From the sequence record DRR723986_6243: 35,846 nt of DNA; one strand, 5' to 3'. A program made the position numbers and the translations under genes. The notes under the pieces were generated by a model. The model was not told the origin of the DNA. It ran no database searches and saw only the letters and a list, made by a program, of their open reading frames with translations. Within the stretch, counting starts at the first letter, position 1. Each line of letters begins with the position of its first letter. Positions 25,636 to 34,454 of the stretch are shown piece after piece.

Positions 25636-27867
25636 TCAGTTGCCTTTTGTACGACGCGACGCCCGGCCGGAAAGCCAGCCAAATGCAAGAATTGCCAAGA
25701 TGACACCGGCGAGTGCGCCGCCCACCGCGATGAGTGCCGGGTACTCGGAGAACGCGATCCTCAAACGCAACCACCAAGGCAGTGCACCGCTGATGTAAGT
25801 GTCTCCCAAGCTGTAACTTTGTATGTCATCACCCCGAATCAGGCTCACGCTGCCTTTGATTTTGGCGACGTCGCCGTAGTCCGACAATGCCGCCACCGCG
25901 CGTTCAAAACTGTCTTGGTCTGTGCCGGTGACGACCAGGCCAGCCTTTTTTGGCGCAAGGTGCGACTCAAAACCCATAATTGCGCCCAGCGAGCCAGCGG
26001 TTTGAATCAATGCACGTGCGTTGTCACCTGGTTGTAGCTCCGAGTCGCTTTGCCACAAACCTTTCAACCACTGAATGGCGGGAGGCAGGCCCATGCTGCG
26101 TTCCGTGGCACTCAGTACCATGGGCAAGTTCATGTTGGCTGTATTCAGCCAGCCCAGGCGGTCACTGGTGCCCATGGCCAGCCAGTTTTTGCTGCCAATA
26201 CCGTCTGGCTTGTCAGAAACAATCAGGCTTGTACGTGTGGCAGGCAAGCCGGTCCACTGACCAAACAGACCCATCACATTCAAGTAAGAGCGAATTTCAA
26301 GCGGTGTGGGGGTGGCGGGTAGCACAATGGCCGTATCGGAGAGGTCTGCCATGATGCTGAATGGATAGCCGCCGTTGGCAAAGGCGGTCAGGTTCGGCAT
26401 GCGGGTGTAATGGGGCAGATTGGAGAAGTCCAAGGTTGATTCGGGGTCAATGGATCCGCGCGCTACTTGCGATACCCGTGTGCAAGAGCCACCACCTTCG
26501 GCCATGAAGCCAAATGCAAAGGCCAGTTCGTTATTGCCGCCCACGCGGAACGCTGGAATTTGCAGGGCTTCTTCGCTGGTCAACTCCGCTTGACCCAACA
26601 GGTCAATGTTGATTTTGTTTTGTACCTGTTCCGAGCGCGGAGCCAGGCGGAAGGATTGAATCAGAGAGTTGTTGATTTCGATGTTCAGCAGCGAATCATT
26701 CCAACGGGAGGGGGCCGTGTATCGGTACTTCAAATCCATCGGAATGTTTCGGCCCGCCCAACTGAACAAATCTGGTGGCAGGCGCAAATTGATGCTGGCG
26801 CGTGGCTTGTCGGAACTGACTTCCAATTGTCCCGGGAAATCAATCAGTTCACCAAAACGTACCGGCCGGTTGGTGGGTACATAGCGTGGTGCATCATAGG
26901 GCTTGCGCGGCGCACCCAGGTCCACTTTTTTCACCAGGGCTTTTTGTCCGCTGAGCACCTGGCCTTCAATGACCAAGCCATATACAGCCTGTAAAAGCTC
27001 CTCATCGGTTCGCCCCATCACATACAAATGTTTGACCCAAGGGTTTTCCTTGGCGCTCACGATCATCAGGGAAGGACCTTCAATATCGGCCTCGCTCATG
27101 CCTTCCGGCATTTTCTTGCCTTTGGTCAGAATGATGGTGTGGCGTGTTGGCGATGCCGAGTCAAGCAGTTCAAATTCGGCTTGACGGTAAAAAGCTTGCG
27201 CACCCATCCAGGAGGCCAGAATGCCGGCGGCTTTCAAGCTGGCATCAGTTTGCTCCACTGGCAATACCAGCGGCAGTCTGAGTTTTCGGTTGTCGCGAGG
27301 GTCGAAAAATGGCGCTGGCAACAGCGCCAGGTCATTCACCAGATTCAGCGGTGTAGATCCAATCGTTAACGTGCTCTCCGGGCGAATGTCAAAACGCAGG
27401 GTTGGGTTGCCTGGGTCCACGCATTCACTGTCGTAGGTGCCGTCGTATTCAACTCGAATGGTCGCGAAATCGGAAAAAAGCAGTGGATCCAATTCAATTT
27501 CAACAGTGTGCGGCACACCGGCGCGTGCTGCGCTCAACTGGGACAGGCCTGAAAGCTGGTTGTTGACGTAAACACGAACAAATGATTGATCGTGACGCAT
27601 ACCCTGCGGATACAGTACCCGAAGGCTCAGGCTTGCGCGAGTCACCAACTCGTCCAGGCGGATACCCGAATTCAAGTCAACAAAGCGGTTGACCCCGCTT
27701 AGCCGAACCCCGTTTGGCTGCCCCATTTGGGCAAAGGTCAACGTTCGGGTTCGTTCAATGGCTGGGGCCATTTCCGAATTGGTAGAAGTCGATGTGGGCT
27801 CTTTACTTTCTTGTGAGTACCCAGTTAGACAGAATAGGAATAACGCTAGGGATAGAAGGTGTCGCAT
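25636..27867 (-). CDS. bcsB: Cellulose synthase periplasmic/co-polymerase subunit BcsB
   Basis: Signal peptide, 'NDLALLPAPFFDPRD', 'RKPYDAP', 'LPPDLF', 'PNLTAFANGGYPFS..ADLS', C-terminal TM anchor. Start ATG 27867 (alternative TTG 27903). Confidence 0.93.
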   Translation of the reverse strand: MRHLLSLALFLFCLTGYSQESKEPTSTSTNSEMAPAIERTRTLTFAQMGQPNGVRLSGVNRFVDLNSGIRLDELVTRASLSLRVLYPQGMRHDQSFVRVYVNNQLSGLSQLSAARAGVPHTVEIELDPLLFSDFATIRVEYDGTYDSECVDPGNPTLRFDIRPESTLTIGSTPLNLVNDLALLPAPFFDPRDNRKLRLPLVLPVEQTDASLKAAGILASWMGAQAFYRQAEFELLDSASPTRHTIILTKGKKMPEGMSEADIEGPSLMIVSAKENPWVKHLYVMGRTDEELLQAVYGLVIEGQVLSGQKALVKKVDLGAPRKPYDAPRYVPTNRPVRFGELIDFPGQLEVSSDKPRASINLRLPPDLFSWAGRNIPMDLKYRYTAPSRWNDSLLNIEINNSLIQSFRLAPRSEQVQNKINIDLLGQAELTSEEALQIPAFRVGGNNELAFAFGFMAEGGGSCTRVSQVARGSIDPESTLDFSNLPHYTRMPNLTAFANGGYPFSIMADLSDTAIVLPATPTPLEIRSYLNVMGLFGQWTGLPATRTSLIVSDKPDGIGSKNWLAMGTSDRLGWLNTANMNLPMVLSATERSMGLPPAIQWLKGLWQSDSELQPGDNARALIQTAGSLGAIMGFESHLAPKKAGLVVTGTDQDSFERAVAALSDYGDVAKIKGSVSLIRGDDIQSYSLGDTYISGALPWWLRLRIAFSEYPALIAVGGALAGVILAILAFGWLSGRASRRTKGN

Positions 27868-28121
27868 AAGTGGTTTCGCTGGTCGACTTGAATGTAAGAA
27901 CAAAAACAGGTTTGTGTAATTGGCCTGTTTAAATCAATGTCCTCGAAAATAATGGAACAATATTTGTCAATCTTTTAAAAAGCATGTAGCACAAGTTCAT
28001 ACGTTATCCTATTGTTTTTGTATATGCTCAATTTGTGGAACTTGTTTTATACAATTATTGCGTGAAGTGTCGAAAAGAGCACACTTTCAGAAAAGAGAAT
28101 TAACAGTTTAGGGCGAATAAC
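27868..28121. promoter_or_regulatory. AT-rich divergent promoter region between the bcs operon and the partner-switch operon
   Basis: About 250-bp non-coding AT-rich gap. Contains the inverted repeat ACAAGTTC (27991-27998) / GAACTTGT (28038-28045) and the direct repeat GAAAAGAG (28072-28079, 28090-28097). Confidence 0.6.
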
Positions 28122-28460
28122 ATGGTTTCGACAGAAGAGATGGGGGATGTTTTCGTGCTGCGTGTTGACGCAGTTCGATTGGACAGTGCTGTGGGAACCA
28201 TCATCCGCAACGCGGTGGTCTCCAAGCTGGACTCCACGCGGAAATTTGCTTTGGATATTGGTGCAGTCAAGCTGGTGGACTCAGGCGGTTTGGGTTCATT
28301 GGTTGCTTTGCTCAAGAACATCACCAACCACCAGGGCAAGCTGGCTTTGGTCGGGATGAACAAATCCGTGCGGATGATGTTCGAGCTGTCTCGCATGGAC
28401 CGACAGTTTTCCTTGCTGGACGACATGCCCAAGGCAGTCGCCTTTCTGCAGCAGGCCTGA
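28122..28460 (+). CDS. STAS-domain anti-sigma-factor antagonist (SpoIIAA/RsbV-like)
   Basis: 112 aa, 'RLDS', 'LDIGAVKLVDSGGLGSLV' (phosphoacceptor Ser after Asp), 'VRMMFELSRMD'. Confidence 0.9.
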   Translation: MVSTEEMGDVFVLRVDAVRLDSAVGTIIRNAVVSKLDSTRKFALDIGAVKLVDSGGLGSLVALLKNITNHQGKLALVGMNKSVRMMFELSRMDRQFSLLDDMPKAVAFLQQA

Positions 28461-28466
28461 CCCACT

Positions 28467-31400
28467 GTGACGGACCACAATCCCAACAAGCCGCTGCCCC
28501 GAATTCTGGTTGTTGATGATTCGGTGGTAGAGCGAAACCTCTTCGTTCACATGGTAGCCAGGTGGGGATATCCGGTTGAGTTTGCAGCCAGCGGTCAAGA
28601 GGCCATCCAACTTGTAGAACGTGATCGGTTCCAATTGGTGCTGGCGGACTGGCAAATGCCTGGCATGCAGGGCACTGAATTGTGTGCAGCCTTACGCCAG
28701 CTGGACCTGGGGCAGTACACCTACATCATCCTGATGTCTGCCCAGAATGATGAAGAGTTCTTGATCAAGGCGCTGGATGCCGGTGCCGACGATGTTCTCG
28801 CCAAGCCTGTAGATGGCAATGAACTGGAAGCACGCTTGCAGTCGGCCGTTCGCCGAATTGAACTTCAAGCGCAGCTCGCCCGCAAAACAGACGAACTGGC
28901 ACATGCCCACGATGTGATTGCACAAGATCTCCGAGCGGTGTCTGGCCTTCAACGCAGTTTCCTACCCGAAATACAAAGCCCATTCCAGGGTCTGAACTAT
29001 CAGTGGTTGTCCGTGCCGTCCAAATACGTGTCTGGCGATCACTTGCAGGTTTTTGAATTGCAGCGCGACGTGTATGGTTTTTACCTGCTCGATGTATCCG
29101 GGCATGGCATACCTGCCGCCGTGAAATCCATGCAACTGGTTCAGATGTTTGCGGATCGGTCTGCCACCAGCATTGTTTTTGAAGGTCGTCTGGGACCGGA
29201 TGGTCAGCGTTTGATTTCTCGCCCACGCGATGTAGTTGCGCGCCTGAACCGCCTGTTTCAGCAAACCGAATCTGATCTTTCTTACTTCACCATGATTTAC
29301 GGCGTGTTCAATACCGTCAATCGACAGGTGGCCCTGTGCCAGGCCGGCCATCCCTCCCCCTTGCTGTTGTCAGTCGGACAACCCGCCAAAGTGCTGGGCG
29401 GTGGCGGGTATCCTGTGGGTTTGTTCGACCTCGATGATTTTGAGGACATTGAACTGACGCTGGGCAACGAGGATTCCCTGATTCTGTATTCCGATGGTGT
29501 CACCGAGGTCCTGTCGGCCAGCGCTGAGGCATTTGGCGAAGAACGCCTGATTGAGTTTGTCAATCAGCAAGGCGCTCAGGGGCGTTGGTCCGATTTGCCT
29601 GAGCGCATTCAAATGCGCGTTCAACGTTGGGGCGGCTCGGTCATCGAGCAAAAAGGTTTTGAGGACGACGTGTCTATCCTGATGCTCGCGCCTCGCCCCG
29701 GGGTGTTGGACCAGAGTGATGTGGTGGATGCGGACCGGCAGGTGCCCGAACTGGTGTTTCGTCTTCAGGAAATTCAGAACAGTCAGCCTGTCTCTGTGCC
29801 CGCGAAAGCCGGGAAGTCAATTGTCATCGTTGACGATTCCCGCAGCTTTTTGAGAATTTTTGAGGCCATGCTGCACAGCTGGGGCTACACCGTTCATGCT
29901 GCAAAAAATGGCCATGAGGCTTTGACCCTGATTGAAAAACACCAGCCCGACTTTGTGCTCACCGACTGGGACATGCCTGGCATGAGCGGCATTGAGTTGT
30001 GCGAGCAAGTGCGGGCTCAAAAGCAAAACGCCTACACCTATATCATCATGATCACTGGCTACGCCAGTCGCGACGATCTGCTGAACAGCCTGCGCGTGGG
30101 GGCGGATGATTTCATGACCAAGCCGGTCAATCCAGGCGAGCTGAAAGTGCGTTTGAAAACCGCCGAGCGGATTGCAGATTTGCACATGGGGCTAGAGCGC
30201 AGACACACCGAACTCAGCCAACTGTATGAAGCGTTGCAGCGTGACATGCGAGAAGTGTCGCGCATTCAGCGGGCCTTGTTGCCTAAAAGTAAACAAGAAC
30301 CCTGGCCATTCGCCATTCAGACCATTTATCAACCGCAGGGCTATGTGTGCGGCAAACAAATGGGTCTGCTCGAAACCCAGGCCAATGAGCATGGTTTTTT
30401 CATGTTGAACATGGCGGGCCAGGACACGGCCACCGCCTTGCAGACCATGGCGCTGGCGAGGTGGTTCTCCATGGCGCGGGCCACTCGAGTCTTGTTTCCC
30501 GTGGAGGAGACCAGTTCGAAAATTCGACGTTACCTGGCCAGCCCGGAGCAGGTTCTAGCCCAGTTGTCGAGCATTTCCCCCTCCCTAAAGGACGAGCCTC
30601 CCCAGTTCGATCTGCTGTACGGTTTGATCAATCTGGATCAGGGCACCTTGTTGATCGCGGGTATTGGTGAGTGGTCCATGGTCATGGCCCAGCCTGGCTT
30701 GGCACCCGCATTTTTGGGTATGCAAGGCGAGCATGGCCAAGCACCTGGTGTAGGGCAGGTTATTTATCAGGGTGTGATTGCTCCTGGTAGCCGACTTTAT
30801 TTTTATCCGCGGGAATGCGCCCACACTCTGGGGGTACCTCATTCACAGGTATGGCAACAATCCGTCTTGCTGGATGACACCCAAGGCTATGTGCTGACTC
30901 GCGAGTTTTCGAGATTACTCGATTCCGGTCGCAAGGAAGACAGCACCGGGGGCGACTTGTGTTTGCTGGGTATTCAGTGGCGAGAGAGCTTTGAAGTTCA
31001 ACGCCTTGATTTGTCCTCAGCCCAAGTGTCCGAGTTGGTTGATGAGTTCGTGCAGACAGGCTTGACCCTGCAAGACGAGTTTTCATCTCACGAGCAGGCA
31101 TTTAAATTGGGTGAGTTTTTAAATTACACCGCATTCAGTGCCGTGGCCGACACCGTCAACATTGGCGTGTTGAGCCGCGCGGTCCGTACCTTTGTAGAAG
31201 AGCTGGCTTACACCGAGGAGGTTTGTTACAACACCGATTTGGTGGTGTCTGAAGCCCTGACCAATGTGATGCTGCACGGTTTTAAAGACAAACGTCCCGA
31301 GCCTGTGCGGCTCACCGTACTGGCTTTTCAGCACGGCGTCGGTGTGTTGATCGAGGACTGGGGTAGCCGTATCCCCGCCCATGTGCTCGGTAAAATGCAC

Positions 31401-31547
31401 CATGAACATTCATTCCAAGATGACCTTAGCTTGGACGACTTGCCCGAGGGGGGGATGGGTTTGGCATTCATGCGCATGGTGTCACAACGCTTCGTATACC
31501 AGGCCAGTCAAAACCAGCAAGGCAATCGCCTGTTGTTATTGTTGTAA
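28467..31547 (+). CDS. Fused regulator: REC - SpoIIE/PP2C phosphatase - REC - degenerate PP2C - RsbW-type Ser/Thr kinase (HATPase)
   Basis: REC1 'VVDDS..LADWQMPG..KP'. PP2C 'SGD','DVSGHG','AGHP','YSDG','DDVS'. REC2 'IVDDS..LTDWDMPG..KP'. Second PP2C-like block lacks the Asp motifs. Kinase 'SEALTNVMLHG','IEDWG','EGGMGL'. GTG start 6 bp after the STAS stop. Confidence 0.88.
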   Translation: MTDHNPNKPLPRILVVDDSVVERNLFVHMVARWGYPVEFAASGQEAIQLVERDRFQLVLADWQMPGMQGTELCAALRQLDLGQYTYIILMSAQNDEEFLIKALDAGADDVLAKPVDGNELEARLQSAVRRIELQAQLARKTDELAHAHDVIAQDLRAVSGLQRSFLPEIQSPFQGLNYQWLSVPSKYVSGDHLQVFELQRDVYGFYLLDVSGHGIPAAVKSMQLVQMFADRSATSIVFEGRLGPDGQRLISRPRDVVARLNRLFQQTESDLSYFTMIYGVFNTVNRQVALCQAGHPSPLLLSVGQPAKVLGGGGYPVGLFDLDDFEDIELTLGNEDSLILYSDGVTEVLSASAEAFGEERLIEFVNQQGAQGRWSDLPERIQMRVQRWGGSVIEQKGFEDDVSILMLAPRPGVLDQSDVVDADRQVPELVFRLQEIQNSQPVSVPAKAGKSIVIVDDSRSFLRIFEAMLHSWGYTVHAAKNGHEALTLIEKHQPDFVLTDWDMPGMSGIELCEQVRAQKQNAYTYIIMITGYASRDDLLNSLRVGADDFMTKPVNPGELKVRLKTAERIADLHMGLERRHTELSQLYEALQRDMREVSRIQRALLPKSKQEPWPFAIQTIYQPQGYVCGKQMGLLETQANEHGFFMLNMAGQDTATALQTMALARWFSMARATRVLFPVEETSSKIRRYLASPEQVLAQLSSISPSLKDEPPQFDLLYGLINLDQGTLLIAGIGEWSMVMAQPGLAPAFLGMQGEHGQAPGVGQVIYQGVIAPGSRLYFYPRECAHTLGVPHSQVWQQSVLLDDTQGYVLTREFSRLLDSGRKEDSTGGDLCLLGIQWRESFEVQRLDLSSAQVSELVDEFVQTGLTLQDEFSSHEQAFKLGEFLNYTAFSAVADTVNIGVLSRAVRTFVEELAYTEEVCYNTDLVVSEALTNVMLHGFKDKRPEPVRLTVLAFQHGVGVLIEDWGSRIPAHVLGKMHHEHSFQDDLSLDDLPEGGMGLAFMRMVSQRFVYQASQNQQGNRLLLLL

Positions 31548-31556
31548 ACAACGGGT

Positions 31557-32429
31557 TTACTTCTTGTCCTCGCCTGGGGTCGTTGCGTCAGGTGGTACCC
31601 AGCCCGTGGGTTGAAAGGCAGGATTGTTTGGCATTTCCTCGGCCATTTTGTCGATCAATCCCACAATGCGTTCATCCACAAATTTGCTGGCCGATTTTTG
31701 TAGGGCGCGAGACACTTCCGATTCAATGGCTGTCATCGCCAGAGGACGAATTTTCCAGATCAATTGAGCAAGCCTTGGCAATTCTTCCTTTGGAGGCAAA
31801 TTGTCACCGTATTGATCCAGTTCTTTCACAAACAGTGAAACGGCTTGGTCACAGAAGCTTTCAAGATGGCCACGCAGCGATGCAATCAGATCCAGCAGGT
31901 CCAGCAAAGGCAGGCCGGCGCTGGCCATTTCCGCGCCAGCGTGCAGAATTTTCGGGCTTGGCGCACGGTAACGCAAGCCATCGGGTTCCAGCAAACCTAG
32001 CTCAATGGTTTTGGCCAAGGCACCACGGCTGAGGCTAGTACCAAACATGGTCGCCAAATGCACCGGGTTGTAGTTCTTCGGGATTTCATCTGTCCACGGG
32101 CTGGTAATTGCATGCGTTAAACCCAGCAGCTGGCGAAGGTCGTAACCCTTGTCGATTGCGTCCAGCATTTCCTGAATGTTGCTCAGGGTGTAACCGCGCC
32201 CCAACATTTGCCCAATAAGCTTGAGCCGTGATAAATGGTCTTCGTTGTAAAAACCGACGCGCCCGCGTTTCTCGGGCGGGGCCAGCAACCCCCGGTCCTG
32301 GTAGGCACGCACATTGCGAACTGTTGTGTTGGCGGTGCGCGCAAGTTCGTCAATGGTGAACTCGCGACCTTGCCCACTGGTGGAAGTGTCTTTGTTTGCT
32401 GACGATTTTTTGAAGCGGAATGAAACCAT
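31557..32429 (-). CDS. MerR-family transcriptional regulator
   Basis: 'FTIDELARTANTTVRNVRAYQDRGLL.PP...GR...Y...HLSRLKLI..ML.RGYTL' MerR HTH. Confidence 0.88.
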   Translation of the reverse strand: MVSFRFKKSSANKDTSTSGQGREFTIDELARTANTTVRNVRAYQDRGLLAPPEKRGRVGFYNEDHLSRLKLIGQMLGRGYTLSNIQEMLDAIDKGYDLRQLLGLTHAITSPWTDEIPKNYNPVHLATMFGTSLSRGALAKTIELGLLEPDGLRYRAPSPKILHAGAEMASAGLPLLDLLDLIASLRGHLESFCDQAVSLFVKELDQYGDNLPPKEELPRLAQLIWKIRPLAMTAIESEVSRALQKSASKFVDERIVGLIDKMAEEMPNNPAFQPTGWVPPDATTPGEDKK

Positions 32430-32490
32430 TTAAGAATTGTAACCAAATGTGAGAGTATCTAGCCAACCAAGCTTGATGCAGTAAGCCATT

Positions 32491-33579
32491 ATGAACAAAA
32501 CCCTACTTGTTGTGCTGGGCCTTTTCGGCTTGGGCGGTTGGGCCCATGCCCAAGACATTCAAAACAAAACTCTGGACGAAGAAGCGCTTCGAGCTTGTCT
32601 TTTTCTTGAGGACGATCAACTTCGCTTGCGTTGCTTCGATGATGCCACAGGCAGAAGCCTTGTGGTCAAAGATGGTTCGGCCCCTGAAGCAGCTGCTGCA
32701 ATCGATGGGGGGCTGTTGTTGTACAAACGCAGCGAAGACACCACCTTGAGTTGGCTTGATCGTCGCTGGGAACTGGCACCGTCAGCCAAACGGGGTACCT
32801 TTTCCATTCGCCCTTATCAGCCGGTTTACCTGTTGCCGGTGTATCACAACAAGTCACCGAATATTCGCCCCACCAGCCCAAACCCCGCCAACACGGTGCA
32901 GCCGGGTGACGCCCCCGAGAATCTGGACCGCAACGAACTGAAGTTTCAGCTCAGCCTGAAAACCAAGGTGATGGAAAACATGTTTGGCGACAATGGCGAC
33001 CTGTGGTTTGGCTACACGCAGTCGAGTCGATGGCAAGTCATGAATCAGGATATTTCCCGCCCGTTTCGGGAGACCAATTATGAGCCGGAATTGATTTTCA
33101 CCTGGCGCTCCAGTTGGAGCGAGTTCAGGGAAGCCACTGGCTGGGAGCCGCGCTTGTTGGGCGTGAGCCTGAATCACCAGTCCAACGGGCGGGCTTTGCC
33201 ACTGTCGCGATCCTGGAACCGTCTGATCGGAATGGTCGGCTTTGAGCGAGAAAACACCATGGTTCAATTCAGGCCCTGGTTGCGTATTGCTGAAGATGCC
33301 GCTGAAGATGACAACCCGGATATCAGCGATTTCATGGGTCGTGGCGACATGTTGCTGGTTCATAAACACAACGGCCATGAATATTCGCTACTGACCCGCC
33401 ACAACTTTCGCGGCGGCGACGAGTCCCGGGGTGCGGTTCAGTTTGACTGGGCATTCCCGCTGACCAGCAACTTGCGCGGACACTTGCAATACTTCACCGG
33501 CTATGGTGAAAGCCTGATTGATTACAATTACAAGTCGGATTACCTGGGGCTTGGTTTGTCGTTGGTGGGGTGGTATTAA
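32491..33579 (+). CDS. pldA: Outer-membrane phospholipase A (OMPLA)
   Basis: Signal peptide, 'KFQLSLK', 'YTQ.S.WQ', 'PFRETNYEPE', catalytic 'HQSNG', 'SRSWNR', 'GYGESLIDYN'. Confidence 0.95.
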   Translation: MNKTLLVVLGLFGLGGWAHAQDIQNKTLDEEALRACLFLEDDQLRLRCFDDATGRSLVVKDGSAPEAAAAIDGGLLLYKRSEDTTLSWLDRRWELAPSAKRGTFSIRPYQPVYLLPVYHNKSPNIRPTSPNPANTVQPGDAPENLDRNELKFQLSLKTKVMENMFGDNGDLWFGYTQSSRWQVMNQDISRPFRETNYEPELIFTWRSSWSEFREATGWEPRLLGVSLNHQSNGRALPLSRSWNRLIGMVGFERENTMVQFRPWLRIAEDAAEDDNPDISDFMGRGDMLLVHKHNGHEYSLLTRHNFRGGDESRGAVQFDWAFPLTSNLRGHLQYFTGYGESLIDYNYKSDYLGLGLSLVGWY

Positions 33580-33581
33580 AA

Positions 33582-34454
33582 GTGAGGTTGAAGTGGTTTT
33601 TTCTGCTGTGCCTGTTATTCACCGGTGGCGTGCAGGCCAGTGAGCCTGTTGTCTTTGTCCTGGCCGCCACGGACAAGGTGGTTGTCACCAATCCGAAAGG
33701 GCAAAAATACAGTGCTCTTCCCACCCAGCGTCTGTTGCATGGACACACCATTGCAGTGCCCAAAGGTCAGCGATTCTCCGTGTTGATCTTGAATACCGGC
33801 AATCGAAGGGTTTACAACGGACCTGCCCGGCTCAAGGTAATTGCCGATACTGTTCGCGTGTTGAGCGGGCCGGCCGTAAAAGTGTTTCCGGTGGAGCAAG
33901 CCCACCTCGATTTAATTGATCAATGGATCAACCTGTACGCTCGTCCGCGCGGTGTGCCGCTTCCCAAAAGAGACAAAGCCGAGAAAGAGGATGCCTCTGA
34001 GGCAAATCCTCTTCGCGTTCTGCAACCCATAGACGGTTCACTGCTCTTGACCCGAACTCCCGAATTTGTGTTCCGGGGCGACTTGCCTCGGGAAGGGAAC
34101 TTGATGATATTTGATTCCAGAGGCAAGCGTTTTTGGGTTGAGCCCCTGGAAAGTGAGTATGTCAGTTTGCCGCCTGCTGCGAAATTTGAGTGGGGGCAAA
34201 GTTTTACTTGGGAAGTGCGGCGCCTGACTGGCGGCCGCGTGGTACATGGAAGTTTTCACATCGCCAGCGAAGAAACTGCGCGCAGCTTACTGGAGGCCAG
34301 GGTACCGGACCATGCCGGCACCTTGCCCGAGCTCAAGCTGTTCTATGGCATGCGGCTTCAACTGGCCAAGGCTTTCAAAGAGGCCAACGAGGTGTGGGAG
34401 TCTTTGGGTATGGAGTTGACTGTTCAGGGGCAACCCAGCCGAATTCGTCCCTAG
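33582..34454 (+). CDS. Secreted hypothetical protein
   Basis: Signal peptide ending 'VQA'. Fills the gap between pldA and uup exactly. Start GTG 33582 (or 33570). Confidence 0.65.
   Translation: MRLKWFFLLCLLFTGGVQASEPVVFVLAATDKVVVTNPKGQKYSALPTQRLLHGHTIAVPKGQRFSVLILNTGNRRVYNGPARLKVIADTVRVLSGPAVKVFPVEQAHLDLIDQWINLYARPRGVPLPKRDKAEKEDASEANPLRVLQPIDGSLLLTRTPEFVFRGDLPREGNLMIFDSRGKRFWVEPLESEYVSLPPAAKFEWGQSFTWEVRRLTGGRVVHGSFHIASEETARSLLEARVPDHAGTLPELKLFYGMRLQLAKAFKEANEVWESLGMELTVQGQPSRIRP

Noticed and set aside
15525-27867. bcsB-first gene order with bcsA separated from bcsB, as a novelty
   Set aside because: As I recall, a similar B-Z-C-E-Q-A-G order occurs in Burkholderia type II operons, so the order alone is probably not new.
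32430-32490. MerR-type operator controlling divergent pldA
   Set aside because: No convincing dyad or long-spacer promoter in the 61-bp gap.
32590-32645. Cys-pair N-terminal extension of PldA (CLFLEDDQLRLRCFD)
   Set aside because: I recall this extension as common in betaproteobacterial OMPLA proteins.
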